Source of the DNA: Octopus vulgaris
Taxonomy: Eukaryota
Direction of reading: 5' to 3'
Assembly: GCA_951406725.2 (NCBI GenBank)
Contig: OX597829.1
Coordinates: 40,300,001-40,364,000, forward strand
Length of the DNA: 64,000 nt
Position 1 is the first letter of the stretch, and every line of letters begins with the position of its first letter. Below the pieces are notes generated by a model. That model was not told the origin of the DNA. It made no database searches and worked only from the letters and a program-made list of their open reading frames with translations. The position numbers and the translations under genes are program-made. Shown one piece after another: positions 63,563-64,000 of this stretch.

Positions 63563-63950
63563 TGTTTCTTTACTAACCACAAGGGGCTAAACACAAAGAG
63601 GACAAACAAGGACAGACAAACGGATTAAGTCGATTATATCGACCCCAGTGCGTAACTGATACTTATTTAATGAACCCTGGAAGGATGAAAGGCAAAGTTG
63701 ACCTCGGTGGAATTTGAACTCAGAACGTAAATACAGACGAAATACCTATTTCTTTACTACCCACAAGGACAGACAAACAGATTAAGTCGATTATATCGAC
63801 CCCAGTGCAAGACTGGTACTTATTTAATCAACCCCGAAAGGATGAAAGGCAAAGTTGACCTTGGCAGAATTTGAACTCAGAACATAACAGCAGACGAAAT
63901 ACCGCTCAGCATTTCGCCCGGCGTGCTAACGTTTCTGCCAGCTCACCGCC
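63563..63950 (-). mobile_element. SINE A dimer: 1 full + 1 head-less unit
   Basis: Junction GAAATACC|TATTTC at about 63746, the same junction as in the other concatemers. Confidence 0.9.
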
Positions 63951-64000
63951 TTAAGGAGCTGAATACCACATGCAAGCAGGACATCTAAAAAGGCAGCAGT

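Overview
AT-rich, repeat-saturated eukaryotic DNA. The SINE families and long (TA)n/(CA)n tracts suggest an Octopus (coleoid cephalopod) intron or intergenic region; this is an inference. I found no convincing host protein-coding exon. Nearly all listed ORFs are microsatellite or repeat read-through, and the protein-like ones are dead non-LTR retrotransposon fragments (RTE, CR1-like, R4/Dong-like). The window holds two abundant tRNA-headed SINE families (called A and B here), an RTE-tailed modular family C, rarer SINEs, TTAA-flanked piggyBac-type MITEs and hAT-type MITEs. Main result: several short fold-back insertions, often with target-site duplications or sitting in (TA)n tracts, carry hammerhead ribozyme folds of the Penelope-like-element (PLE) type. 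One has a complete consensus core (9287-9369), one is near-intact (9617-9686), one is fused behind a tRNA-like Pol III head (33541-33785), and several are degenerate. Other notable structures: head-less SINE-A concatemers inside single TSDs, composite piggyBac-type MITE dimer/trimer units sharing a 23-bp spacer, and an inverted young SINE pair that could form an ADAR substrate. Coordinates were read by eye and may be off by a few bases. No database searches were run.
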